DNA from: a virus
Lineage: Duplodnaviria > Caudoviricetes
Length of the DNA: 34,446 nt
Direction: 5' to 3' (one strand)
Virus record (IMG/VR): IMGVR_UViG_3300032218_000050
Location: 1-34,446 of that record
The translations under genes and the position numbers were made by a program. This document shows positions 19,120 through 27,401 of this stretch, piece after piece. The notes beneath the pieces are model-generated. The model was not told the origin of the DNA, ran no database searches, and was given only the letters and a program-made list of their open reading frames with translations. The stretch's first letter is position 1; every line of letters starts with the position of its first letter.

Positions 19120-21204
19120 AGGATTACCCCCTTGCGCTATGTCTTGAGCCGCAAACTGCATCGCCCTATCTTGCTCTGCGTTTCGTTTGTCAATCTCAGC
19201 ATTTAGCCTTGATGTGTCCATGTGATGTAACAGCAAGTCTGTAATCGCTTCAATCTCAATCTTGTTTTGCGAGGTAATGGCGCGAGTGTTTTGGTCATTG
19301 ACCTTGACCTCTGCCATTGTTTCGGTGTTATGTGCCTTGGCTGTCTGGCGCATGAGTTCGCGCTTGTTCTCGTTGTCTTGCTTGACTTGCTCAATATCAC
19401 CGCGCTGTTGGATAAGCGTTGTCATCGCTTCCATTTGCTGTTGCATTTGTTGCATTTGCTGTTTAGCCTGCGCGATTTGCATTTGAACTTGTGGCGGCAC
19501 ATCGGATTTGTCGTCAATTTGAGCCAGCGGGTTAGAAGCGGCAAGGCGGTCAGCAATGATGTCAGCGCCTGGGAAGTCCATGTTGCGGAACACCAAGTCA
19601 CCAGCAATGTTGAACAGTTCTGGCTTAGACAGTAAAGGCATCATTGCATCCACGGCTTCTTGACGCTTGCTGTTATAGCCTGGCCCTGTCTCCATCACCA
19701 CATCGTATTGACCGATGGATGTGTTGTTCAAGATATTGCCCACAGCATCGCGCTGGTTAAGTGGCAACATATCTGGCTTGCCATCCTCACCAATGATTCG
19801 CAGAATACGCGCTGTGTCGTAAATCTTAGGGATTAAATCCAAACATATCTTGCCGATGTGGGCAATAGAACGGGTTAGGTTGTCGTAGTAGTCGTAGTTA
19901 GTCAGGTCGACTTGCTGTTGCTGACCATTGAGCGCTTTGCCTGATATATTGCCTTGACCTAATTGCGCTGGGTCAAAGATGCCCATAATGCCTTTTATGT
20001 CATCAGCGACCATGCCAGCCGCCGCCATCGTTCCCGCAGGCGGTGGTTCTGGTTGCAAGCGCTGTGGTGCTGGGGCAATACGACCCTCAATGTCTGTTTG
20101 CTTGTAGCGCAACAACGGGAATGATTTGATGTTTGCTTGCGCCCAGTCGTTCTCATGTCCCTCGTCTTGACCCTCTGCCATAACCCACTTGGCTTTAGGC
20201 GCGAGAGCAATGGATTCTGTAATAGAGGTCTGCCAGAAGTTATACATACGCTGGCTGTCTTTAGCGTAGCGCACCATGCCAAACTTCTTGCGCTTGTCAC
20301 CGATAACCACATGGCGTCCGTACACAGGCACGATAGGAATGTAACGGCTTGCCCAATCACGCTCTTCGATTACCTCGATGGCGGTCAATTTCTTGTACTT
20401 GATGGTCTTTTTGAATGATTCGCGTGTGTCAATAACTGTTATTCCAGCCATTTGTAAGCGGTTAAAGAAGTCTTTGTCATCAGCAAAGGTGCTAGAACCA
20501 TCGCTTAATAGGTATAACTTAGCCTTCTCGCGTACTGTGTAGTAATACTCGGCTAGGCGTATATCCTCTTTAGTAATCCATTCTGATTGGCTATCACCCG
20601 TACCTCGCTGAGTGAACGATGTGCCGTCATCATGGTTTGGGTACATTGACCTAAACACTTCTTTGCTCATCATCGTGGTGATTAAGCATCTTTCAGCGTC
20701 TGAGCCGTCAGGCAATATGCTGTTAGGGTCGTAATACACAGTAAACGGGTTGTCTACTGGGTCAATATATATCTCTTGGTCGAAAGAATCTTCGCTTACA
20801 TAGTCTGTGCGGACACGCACATAGCCCCAACCCATGCGTACAGCATAGTCAAAGGCGTTGTCGTAGGCGTGGTCTGCGTTGGAATTGACCTCAATGTGTC
20901 GAATAATGCCTTGTATGTCGTTGGCTTCCACCATCTGTTCGTGCGTATTGGTAGCGTGAACTTTGATGCGTGGGCGTTGCTGGCGCTGTTGGTTGGCAAC
21001 CTGACGGCAGTAGCCATCTAACTTATTGATAGTGAGAATTGGGCGTGATTCAAGATTACGGCTGTTTTGTAGTTCGATTGGCCATTGGTCACCAGATACA
21101 AACTTCAAATCTTCTAGCGCCTCTTGGCGGTTCATCGTGTCTGCGTCATTGCAGAACTTGAGGAACTCTATCGCCTCGGTTATTACTGGGTCAAAGTCAT
21201 CCAT
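19102..21204 (-). CDS. Portal protein, P22 gp1 family
   Basis: EDLKFVSGDQW, RPILTINK, IPIVPVYG, GMVRYAKDSQRMYN, YDVVMETGPGYNSKR; Gln-rich C-terminal helix. Confidence 0.93.
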   Translation of the reverse strand: MDDFDPVITEAIEFLKFCNDADTMNRQEALEDLKFVSGDQWPIELQNSRNLESRPILTINKLDGYCRQVANQQRQQRPRIKVHATNTHEQMVEANDIQGIIRHIEVNSNADHAYDNAFDYAVRMGWGYVRVRTDYVSEDSFDQEIYIDPVDNPFTVYYDPNSILPDGSDAERCLITTMMSKEVFRSMYPNHDDGTSFTQRGTGDSQSEWITKEDIRLAEYYYTVREKAKLYLLSDGSSTFADDKDFFNRLQMAGITVIDTRESFKKTIKYKKLTAIEVIEERDWASRYIPIVPVYGRHVVIGDKRKKFGMVRYAKDSQRMYNFWQTSITESIALAPKAKWVMAEGQDEGHENDWAQANIKSFPLLRYKQTDIEGRIAPAPQRLQPEPPPAGTMAAAGMVADDIKGIMGIFDPAQLGQGNISGKALNGQQQQVDLTNYDYYDNLTRSIAHIGKICLDLIPKIYDTARILRIIGEDGKPDMLPLNQRDAVGNILNNTSIGQYDVVMETGPGYNSKRQEAVDAMMPLLSKPELFNIAGDLVFRNMDFPGADIIADRLAASNPLAQIDDKSDVPPQVQMQIAQAKQQMQQMQQQMEAMTTLIQQRGDIEQVKQDNENKRELMRQTAKAHNTETMAEVKVNDQNTRAITSQNKIEIEAITDLLLHHMDTSRLNAEIDKRNAEQDRAMQFAAQDIAQGGNPLTQQQ

Positions 21205-21206
21205 AT

Positions 21207-22469
21207 TTATCCCATCCAGCCGAGAGGCTGACCATAGTTTTGTTGCTGAACCCTACGCTTTGGCTTGGGTTCGTTAATCATCAGTCCGATATATCTAAAC
21301 GCATCCGCACCATGACTGTACTGGTCGTGTAACGGTTGACGGCTAAATTGCCCCGTTTCTGGGTCAACATCGTACCGATAATGTCTTAGGCATTGTAGAC
21401 CATCATGGCAATTTTCCCTATCAAACCAGCAGTTTCTGAATATGGTTCGCGCCGCGTTGATGCTGTCGGCTATCGGTGTACGCTCAATGATTCTTGTTTT
21501 ATGTCCCGCCGCCCTGACAATTTCCTCAATAGATTTGCCGTTGCTTGCCAAGGTTTTATTCTGTGCATCGTGCGGTAGCCATAGCGTGTCATACATATAC
21601 CCATAGGTTTGCAACAAGGCTAAGTAGTGGCTAATAGTCTTTTGGTTATCTTCGTGATAGCGGATAAGGCGCGTTTCCATGCCTACAAATTGAAGTATCC
21701 AAAAAGCCGTACTGTCTGCCCAACCCAAGTCAAAAATTACATGGCAAGGCTTTGTAGGGTCATAGTTGACCTTTGTAATGCGGTCATCTAACTCCGCTAC
21801 TTGTATCTCATTGGCAAAGATAGCGCCATCTACTGTAAGTCGGCATAGACCTTCCCATACTGTCTGGTAGGCACTTGGGTCACGGCTCTTGAGCGCGTCT
21901 TTCTCTAGCGCCAACACTTCGGGAAACCAAGGGTTGTCTGACCAGTTAATCTTCTGGACTATTGCACCTTCTGGCGGTCTAACAACAAAGCGTTGGTAAG
22001 TCTCGTCAGTCTCAAGTTCTGGGTTAAAAGTCACCCATATCTCAGAGCCTTCCTTACGGATGGTAGGAATCAGTACATTCCAACTGTTGCGGCTAACAGT
22101 CTGCGCCTCTTCTACCCAGCAGTAATCTACACCCTCGAACGACTTTACATTAGAAATATTGTTCTTCAAGCCTACAAAGGCAAACTCTGTTCCGTTCTTA
22201 CCGCGTATAGCCGTTTGAGTTACTTCGTAAAACCCTTGCAAACCCAGTAGTTCTATCTGGTCGCACAACAGTTTGTGTACAGAATCTTTGATTGAGGTTT
22301 GAAACTCACGGGCGCATAAGACGCGAATTTGGCTCTTAGCGCCAAGCACTAACAAGGCTTTTGAACACGCGTGCGATTTTCCTGCACCTCTTCCACCCCA
22401 ATAGCATTTATAACGAGCCTTGTCGAACAAACTCGCCATCTTTACTGGGAACTGTGCATTACTCTCCAT
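21207..22469 (-). CDS. terL: Terminase large subunit (PBSX-like)
   Basis: Walker A GGRGAGKS, Walker B WVEEAQ, TFNP motif, nuclease FDLGWADST and SHGADAFRY. Confidence 0.95.
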   Translation of the reverse strand: MESNAQFPVKMASLFDKARYKCYWGGRGAGKSHACSKALLVLGAKSQIRVLCAREFQTSIKDSVHKLLCDQIELLGLQGFYEVTQTAIRGKNGTEFAFVGLKNNISNVKSFEGVDYCWVEEAQTVSRNSWNVLIPTIRKEGSEIWVTFNPELETDETYQRFVVRPPEGAIVQKINWSDNPWFPEVLALEKDALKSRDPSAYQTVWEGLCRLTVDGAIFANEIQVAELDDRITKVNYDPTKPCHVIFDLGWADSTAFWILQFVGMETRLIRYHEDNQKTISHYLALLQTYGYMYDTLWLPHDAQNKTLASNGKSIEEIVRAAGHKTRIIERTPIADSINAARTIFRNCWFDRENCHDGLQCLRHYRYDVDPETGQFSRQPLHDQYSHGADAFRYIGLMINEPKPKRRVQQQNYGQPLGWMG

Positions 22470-22872
22470 TAGGCTTTACAAAGGTCACATTGATGCCCGT
22501 CACCAAAGGCGCACCATCAGCACCCGTAATCTCGGTCTTTGTGCTTTCTCTGTACTTCTTGGGGAATCGTGCCGCCATACTGCGTGACCAGATTGATGCG
22601 TTTAACTTATCGCTATCCTTGTTCTCAACCATCATTGCTTGGGCTATTGACTCCCACCAATCTAACTCTAATTCCTTTGCCAAGTCCATGGCGTGTAAAA
22701 ATTCTGGGTTCTCGTCTCTCCAGTTATATAGCGTCTTTGTACCCACTCCAATTTGTGCGGCAATTTGTTCTACTGATTTACCAATTTTACCGAGTTCAAT
22801 AACTCTTTCGCAGTACATAGGGTCATACTGGCTAGGTCTACCAACTGGGCGTTTTTCTGTTGTTTCAGTCAC
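22459..22872 (-). CDS. terS: Terminase small subunit
   Basis: GRPSQY..YCERVIE, HTH (EQIAAQIGVGTKTLYNW...PEF), EITGADGAPL tail; overlaps the terL start. Confidence 0.85.
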   Translation of the reverse strand: MTETTEKRPVGRPSQYDPMYCERVIELGKIGKSVEQIAAQIGVGTKTLYNWRDENPEFLHAMDLAKELELDWWESIAQAMMVENKDSDKLNASIWSRSMAARFPKKYRESTKTEITGADGAPLVTGINVTFVKPNGE

Positions 22873-24169
22873 GATATTTCACAATCAAGTTTTTTATTGG
22901 AACATCATAAGAATTTAAAGGAAAAATCTTTCTTCTTTCTTCTTCTGTCATTTTCATTCTGGCTTGTGTGGCTCTAGATTCTGCCTCACCAGCCAAATTC
23001 CTATATGCCTCAACTGGTTCAAGCCCAGCCAATTTTCTTAAATTTTCTGCTTGAGTTCCTAATTTATTAACTAAACCATTTTTTTCAATAATGTGAAATT
23101 TGACAGCATCATTTAAATCAACGCCAAATGGGTTTTTATCTGATTTTTCACCTAATTGTGTTTTATATTTAGCAAATGCTTCATCTACAAATTTCTTGTA
23201 TTCTGGTTCTTCTTTGGCTTTAGCAATGTAATAAAGCGCTTCATCAGATGCTTTGTCATGCAAATGGCTCATTTGGCGCTCTATTTCCTTTAGGTCATAT
23301 TTTGCTTGCGCTATATCTGGGGCTATGTTTGATGCGCTTCCACCACGAGCAAAACCTTCTTTTTGTTGTATAGCGTGTTGCAGTTCGTGAAGCATTGCAG
23401 ATTTTTGAGATGTCGTGCCAGGCCCGCTTGCAGTTATTGTTTTAGTAGAAGCATCATAAGTTCCAGATGGGCGTTGCGATGCATATAGCCCACTTTCAAT
23501 ATTTGCTAACTCTGGATAGGCTTTGTAAAGTTCTTCGTGTGTCAATGCTTGCGATGCTGGGCCTGTAAAACTTTGTTTTTCTTTTATTCCGTGATAAACA
23601 TCATCGGTTATGTTTGAACCAACATCACTTATTTCTTGCCGCCATTGCTTATCTGGGCCACGGAAAGTGCCAGTTTCTTGCCATATCTTTTCTGGTTCAA
23701 CACCAGCCTTTTCCATTTCATGTGCTCTTACAGCATTTACTTTGTCAAAAGTTGCTGAGTTCGGCCCCACAAACATCCGCATTGGCTGTGGAGTGACTTT
23801 GGCTAAAGCACCTTCTCCGTACACCATAGCATCGTTTATTGCCCTACCAGCCATCTTGCCTGCGGTCTTGCCGTAAGCGCCAGCAATAGGTGCGGCAAAC
23901 ATAGCGGCTTCTGCCGTATCTTCTGGGATTAAAGGCACATTAGCCTTGCCAACATTGGTTATTGGCTCGCCATAGGATAGTTTGTTAGCCACCCTAGATG
24001 CGGCTGGTATGCCCAATGCTTCTGAGATTACGCCCGTTACTGGGTTTCTATACCCAAACTGTTGCTGTAAAGCGTTTTTGTCTAAGTAATTAAGAAAATC
24101 CGATATATGCCCCATTGTTGCATTACGAGGGGTTTCTCTCATTGACGCTATATCGGAAAGTCTAGGCAT
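22865..24169 (-). CDS. LPD23-like domain plus zincin metallopeptidase protein
   Basis: IWQETGTFRGPDKQWRQEISD, HEELYKAYPEL, HELQHAIQQKEGFARGG (HExxH) and YRNLAGEAESRATQAR. Confidence 0.75.
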   Translation of the reverse strand: MPRLSDIASMRETPRNATMGHISDFLNYLDKNALQQQFGYRNPVTGVISEALGIPAASRVANKLSYGEPITNVGKANVPLIPEDTAEAAMFAAPIAGAYGKTAGKMAGRAINDAMVYGEGALAKVTPQPMRMFVGPNSATFDKVNAVRAHEMEKAGVEPEKIWQETGTFRGPDKQWRQEISDVGSNITDDVYHGIKEKQSFTGPASQALTHEELYKAYPELANIESGLYASQRPSGTYDASTKTITASGPGTTSQKSAMLHELQHAIQQKEGFARGGSASNIAPDIAQAKYDLKEIERQMSHLHDKASDEALYYIAKAKEEPEYKKFVDEAFAKYKTQLGEKSDKNPFGVDLNDAVKFHIIEKNGLVNKLGTQAENLRKLAGLEPVEAYRNLAGEAESRATQARMKMTEEERRKIFPLNSYDVPIKNLIVKYRD

Positions 24170-24186
24170 AAATTTTTCACTAGGAT

Positions 24187-24348
24187 TTACTTCATTTTAG
24201 CCGTTTTAACAGATTCTTTAAATGCTTTGGCAGTAGGTGCGCCCTTTGAGCCTGGCGTTCTCATCTTTTCCACAGGCTTGCCCTCTTTCTTTTCGCGCTC
24301 GATACGCTCTTGCTTTTTGTGGATGTTGGCATAAAGTCCAGTTTTCAT
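24187..24348 (-). CDS. Small highly basic protein (53 aa)
   Basis: Not in the ORF track. MKTGLYANIHKKQERIEREKKEGKPVEKMRTPGSKGAPTAKAFKESVKTAKMK; TAATG-coupled to the upstream gene. Confidence 0.8.
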   Translation of the reverse strand: MKTGLYANIHKKQERIEREKKEGKPVEKMRTPGSKGAPTAKAFKESVKTAKMK

Positions 24349-24620
24349 TAGCAATTCCAATTCTTTAATGATGCTTTAGCACGCTCTGCTGGGCCTTTTG
24401 CGTTCTTTACTACACCCTCCATCCTTGCACAGAAAGAGGCTTTACGCCCTTCATCCTTCTTTGTTTTAGGATTTGGGGCTGGTGGCTTTAAGTTGCTACC
24501 ATTCTTGGCGTTGTACTCAGCACGACCTTTAGCCGTCATTCCAGCGCCTTTTTCCGTTGGGTTGTAGGTTTTCCCCTTGCCCGTGGTCTTATGCTCTATT
24601 GGCTTGTCATGCTTTTTCAT
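24348..24620 (-). CDS. Small basic protein (DUF6321-like)
   Basis: GMTAKGRAEYN...GSNLKPP...RKASFCARM.G...SLKNWNC. Confidence 0.7.
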   Translation of the reverse strand: MKKHDKPIEHKTTGKGKTYNPTEKGAGMTAKGRAEYNAKNGSNLKPPAPNPKTKKDEGRKASFCARMEGVVKNAKGPAERAKASLKNWNC

Positions 24621-24639
24621 ACCTTTTTAGCCTTTTCAG

Positions 24640-24786
24640 TTACTTTTTAGACTTTTTAGACTTTTCAGCCTCGCGCTTTTCTGAATACGCGATTGCCACG
24701 GCTTGACGGACAGGCTTGCCTGCTTTCACCTCGGCTTTGATATTCTCTTTAAACGCTTTCGGGCTTGTCGACTTCTTGAGTGGCAT
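24640..24786 (-). CDS. Small basic protein (48 aa)
   Basis: MPLKKSTSPKAFKENIKAEVKAGKPVRQAVAIAYS; GGAG RBS before ATG 24786. Confidence 0.75.
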   Translation of the reverse strand: MPLKKSTSPKAFKENIKAEVKAGKPVRQAVAIAYSEKREAEKSKKSKK

Positions 24787-24919
24787 CGTTCTTCTCCAGT
24801 TCGGATAGTGTCCATTGGCATTGCTGTAACGCACCATTGATTTGGTGCAACTGTTGTTCAAGTTCCTTACCTTTGCTGATTAGGTCTTGAATTCTTTGGT
24901 TGATTAGTTCTTTAGTCAT
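24749..24919 (-). CDS. Small coiled-coil protein
   Basis: MTKELINQRIQDL...INGALQQCQW; ATGA overlap with the GroES stop; GAGG RBS. Confidence 0.65.
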   Translation of the reverse strand: MTKELINQRIQDLISKGKELEQQLHQINGALQQCQWTLSELEKNDATQEVDKPESV

Positions 24920-25206
24920 ACTTCCTCTATTACTGCACAAATGTCTTGCCAACTCATTTTAAGGTGACGTTCACCATTTAGGTTTAGTTCCTCAAACTTC
25001 AAGTATTCGTCTTTATAATCCCTAGCAAGCGTTCCAAACATTATGCGGTCACCCACATTAACACCTTGGAATAGCGCATCTTCACCAGCGGCTATGACTG
25101 TACCGATTGATTCGGCTTCTGCCATCGTGCTTGTGTCTAAGATTAGGGATTTGACCCGTAGTTCGGGCTTGACAATGATTTTGTCTTTCAAAGGTTTAAC
25201 AATCAT
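24916..25206 (-). CDS. groES: Co-chaperonin GroES/Cpn10-like
   Basis: KPLKDKIIVK, GTVIAAG, VNVGDRIMF, DICAVI; 96 aa. Confidence 0.8.
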   Translation of the reverse strand: MIVKPLKDKIIVKPELRVKSLILDTSTMAEAESIGTVIAAGEDALFQGVNVGDRIMFGTLARDYKDEYLKFEELNLNGERHLKMSWQDICAVIEEV

Positions 25207-25436
25207 TCTGTAACCTCCGCTTTGGCCTTTGGCGGTCTACCCATGCGCTTGGGCTTCTCCACAGGCAAAAAGTCCCCAGAGGGTTCTGGGGTAAGTTCGG
25301 CAACTGCTTTCACCGAAAACTCGCCACAAGTCTCTTGTGGGCTTCGATTCTGATATGTCGGATACCTACGGCATAGCCCTAATATTGAGCCGTTGTCGTA
25401 ATAGTGTCGACAGTCTCTACAATGCTCATCAGCCAT
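25203..25436 (-). CDS. Small Cys-rich protein with basic GRP tail
   Basis: CRDC...GLCRRYP...TCGEF and KPKRMGRPPKAK. Confidence 0.7.
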   Translation of the reverse strand: MADEHCRDCRHYYDNGSILGLCRRYPTYQNRSPQETCGEFSVKAVAELTPEPSGDFLPVEKPKRMGRPPKAKAEVTE

Positions 25437-25499
25437 ATCAACCTTTCTTTGATGTGGTTAGAAGCCCCTTTAGTCCCGACTGACTATTGGGGTTTCGCT

Positions 25500-25718
25500 T
25501 TAACGATAGTTTTCGCGCTTGTGGTCGTAGCAAACGCCAGCAGTTTTGCCAGTATTGAACTCGCCTTCCATGCCCATTGTTTTATCTTCTTTGCCCATAG
25601 CAACACCGCCACGGATTTTTTCCATGCGCTCACCAGACATATCGCTGGATGTTGCACCTTTAGGTGGGGTTGCGCCTGTGGTACTTTTCATACCTTTGTT
25701 TGAGTCCATTTTTCCCAT
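25500..25718 (-). CDS. Small Met/Gly/Lys-rich protein
   Basis: MGKMDSNKGMKS...; AAGGA RBS before ATG 25718. Confidence 0.7.
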   Translation of the reverse strand: MGKMDSNKGMKSTTGATPPKGATSSDMSGERMEKIRGGVAMGKEDKTMGMEGEFNTGKTAGVCYDHKRENYR

Positions 25719-25780
25719 GATGTTTCCTTGCAAGGTTAACGACATTGTACAATGCCGACACCATTATAGGAGTTTTTTCA

Positions 25781-25948
25781 ATGGCTACAAATTTTAAATT
25801 AACCCGCGAAAAAGCAGTACACACCATACCCAAGCATTATGTTGTCGAGCGTGAGGTTAAAGCGGTTGAGCGCAAAGTTGAGTCTGTTGCAAAAGAACTC
25901 AAGACGCATGAAAAAACCAGTATGGATAAGGCTCATCCGAAAAAATAG
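25781..25948 (+). CDS. Small basic protein, lone plus-strand gene
   Basis: AGGAG RBS before ATG 25781: MATNFKLTREK...HEKTSMDKAHPKK (55 aa). Confidence 0.65.
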   Translation: MATNFKLTREKAVHTIPKHYVVEREVKAVERKVESVAKELKTHEKTSMDKAHPKK

Positions 25949-26047
25949 GTGTTGATAGCCGTTCTCATAAAGCAGAGTTCCGTCTTTCTATGTATTTGCA
26001 CAAAACGAGAAAGATAAGGCGCTAACCCTTATTACGACTACCAACGC
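25949..26047 (-). ncRNA. Candidate structured ncRNA (four-way junction)
   Basis: 14-position closing stem with G-U pairs on the minus strand, enclosing three hairpins; fills the gap between convergent stops. Confidence 0.55.
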
Positions 26048-26049
26048 AT

Positions 26050-26358
26050 TTATTTTACCCATAACCCTCTGTTTTTTAGTTCACTTAGGGTTTTCATATA
26101 AGCGTTGTCCCACATGGTCTGGCGCTCTTCCTTAGATAAGCACATTCCTTGGTCTAACTGCGCGTGACATGGGTAGCACAAGGCGGCTGTGTACTCGTCA
26201 GAAGCCTTTATACCCCTACCTTTGCCGTGTTTAGCCCAGTTACTGTGAGCCGCTTGCGTTTGCCCCTCAGCCCCGCAATGCTGGCATGGCAAGTCAGACA
26301 CATTTTGTAAATGCTTTTTGCTTCTAAAGTAATTAAATTTGGGAATAGGTAATGCCAT
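26050..26358 (-). CDS. DUF1364/YbcO-like Zn-binding HNH-type protein
   Basis: PCQHC...QAAHSN...GRGIKASD...ALCYPCH; nin-region context. Confidence 0.7.
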   Translation of the reverse strand: MALPIPKFNYFRSKKHLQNVSDLPCQHCGAEGQTQAAHSNWAKHGKGRGIKASDEYTAALCYPCHAQLDQGMCLSKEERQTMWDNAYMKTLSELKNRGLWVK

Positions 26359-26740
26359 GCTCTGCCCCCCAAGCGTTTAGCCATTCCACAAACTCTGACG
26401 CTTGTTCTTTGGTGAATTTGCGTGTTTGCATCCCAAGTTGCACAATGCCATCACCAGACAAATTAGGAATTACTACGCTTGTTTTTATGTCGTTGTCTCT
26501 ACAAAACTGGTCAACCAGCAAGCGTTTCCAACTCTCAGCATCCCATTTAGAGCCTAAGTGTTGGGCTTGTTTGGCTATCTCACCAATCATGGCGTGATAT
26601 TTCTCCTCTTGGTCACGGCTTTTGCTTGCGTCTTTTATCTCTAGCGTTAGTTTTTTGCCAGACGCAAGTGCTTCTTTAACTTTAGGCCATAGCCCTGCCA
26701 TCAGCGCGGTGGCGTTGTCTTTAGTTAGTTCTACTCGCAC
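26333..26740 (-). CDS. ninB: NinB/Orf-like recombination protein
   Basis: KSRDQEEKYHAMIGEIAKQ, WDAESWK, VQLGMQTRKFTKEQASEFVEWLNAWGAEHG. Confidence 0.85.
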   Translation of the reverse strand: MRVELTKDNATALMAGLWPKVKEALASGKKLTLEIKDASKSRDQEEKYHAMIGEIAKQAQHLGSKWDAESWKRLLVDQFCRDNDIKTSVVIPNLSGDGIVQLGMQTRKFTKEQASEFVEWLNAWGAEHGITYSQI

Positions 26741-27153
26741 TCTTGCACCATTACATTTGCGCCAGCATCTTCGGCATATACCTTTTTGATGTGCGCCTCG
26801 ACTATTTGTGAGTCATTGGCATAGACAATTCCCTGCATGGCATCGGTAATACTTTTGTAAACATTATCTATGTCCACTTTCTTTGGAAACTCTAAACCCG
26901 CTAAACAGGCTTCCTTGCGTTTTTTTGAGTATGACGCTGGTATGGCATACCGAAGGTATAAAAACACAGTTAAAGCCCCTTTTAATGGCTCTGTTGCGCC
27001 TATTGCTAGTCTGGCTTTCATTGCTACATGGGTTTCGTAGTCGATTGTCTTGGCATCGGTGTAAGTTTGGACAAACTGACCGCGCCTAGCAAAGCGTGGT
27101 CTGCCCTTGGGTACTGGGTCACCATCAACTGTAAATGTCACTACTAGGCTCAT
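26731..27153 (-). CDS. rusA: RusA-like Holliday junction resolvase
   Basis: PVPKGRPRF; catalytic DIDNVYKSITDAM...DSQIV. Confidence 0.9.
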   Translation of the reverse strand: MSLVVTFTVDGDPVPKGRPRFARRGQFVQTYTDAKTIDYETHVAMKARLAIGATEPLKGALTVFLYLRYAIPASYSKKRKEACLAGLEFPKKVDIDNVYKSITDAMQGIVYANDSQIVEAHIKKVYAEDAGANVMVQECE

Positions 27154-27401
27154 TTAATGCTTTCAGTCGTTGAACAATCAAGATACCGAGAGTAGGAAAA
27201 TCCGACTTCAGCGCTTTTGACATATACCGAGCGTGGTCGATAGTCCCTTGGTTCATCGCCATCAGTGCATAGTGATTCGCCAGATGCTCGACATAAATCC
27301 CCTGTCCGTTCCAAGGCGCTATTTGTTTCAGCCAAGGACACGGGGTGTCTATCTTTTCTTTTGATGCGGTCAAGGATGGCATGGGCTTGCGTTTTTGTCA
27401 T
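27150..27401 (-). CDS. Hypothetical protein
   Basis: ATGA overlaps at both ends (with the GT stop and the rusA start). Confidence 0.6.
   Translation of the reverse strand: MTKTQAHAILDRIKRKDRHPVSLAETNSALERTGDLCRASGESLCTDGDEPRDYRPRSVYVKSAEVGFSYSRYLDCSTTESIK

Noticed and set aside
25949-26047. tRNA gene
   Set aside because: Closing stem too long; no TTC T-loop, canonical anticodon arm or CCA.
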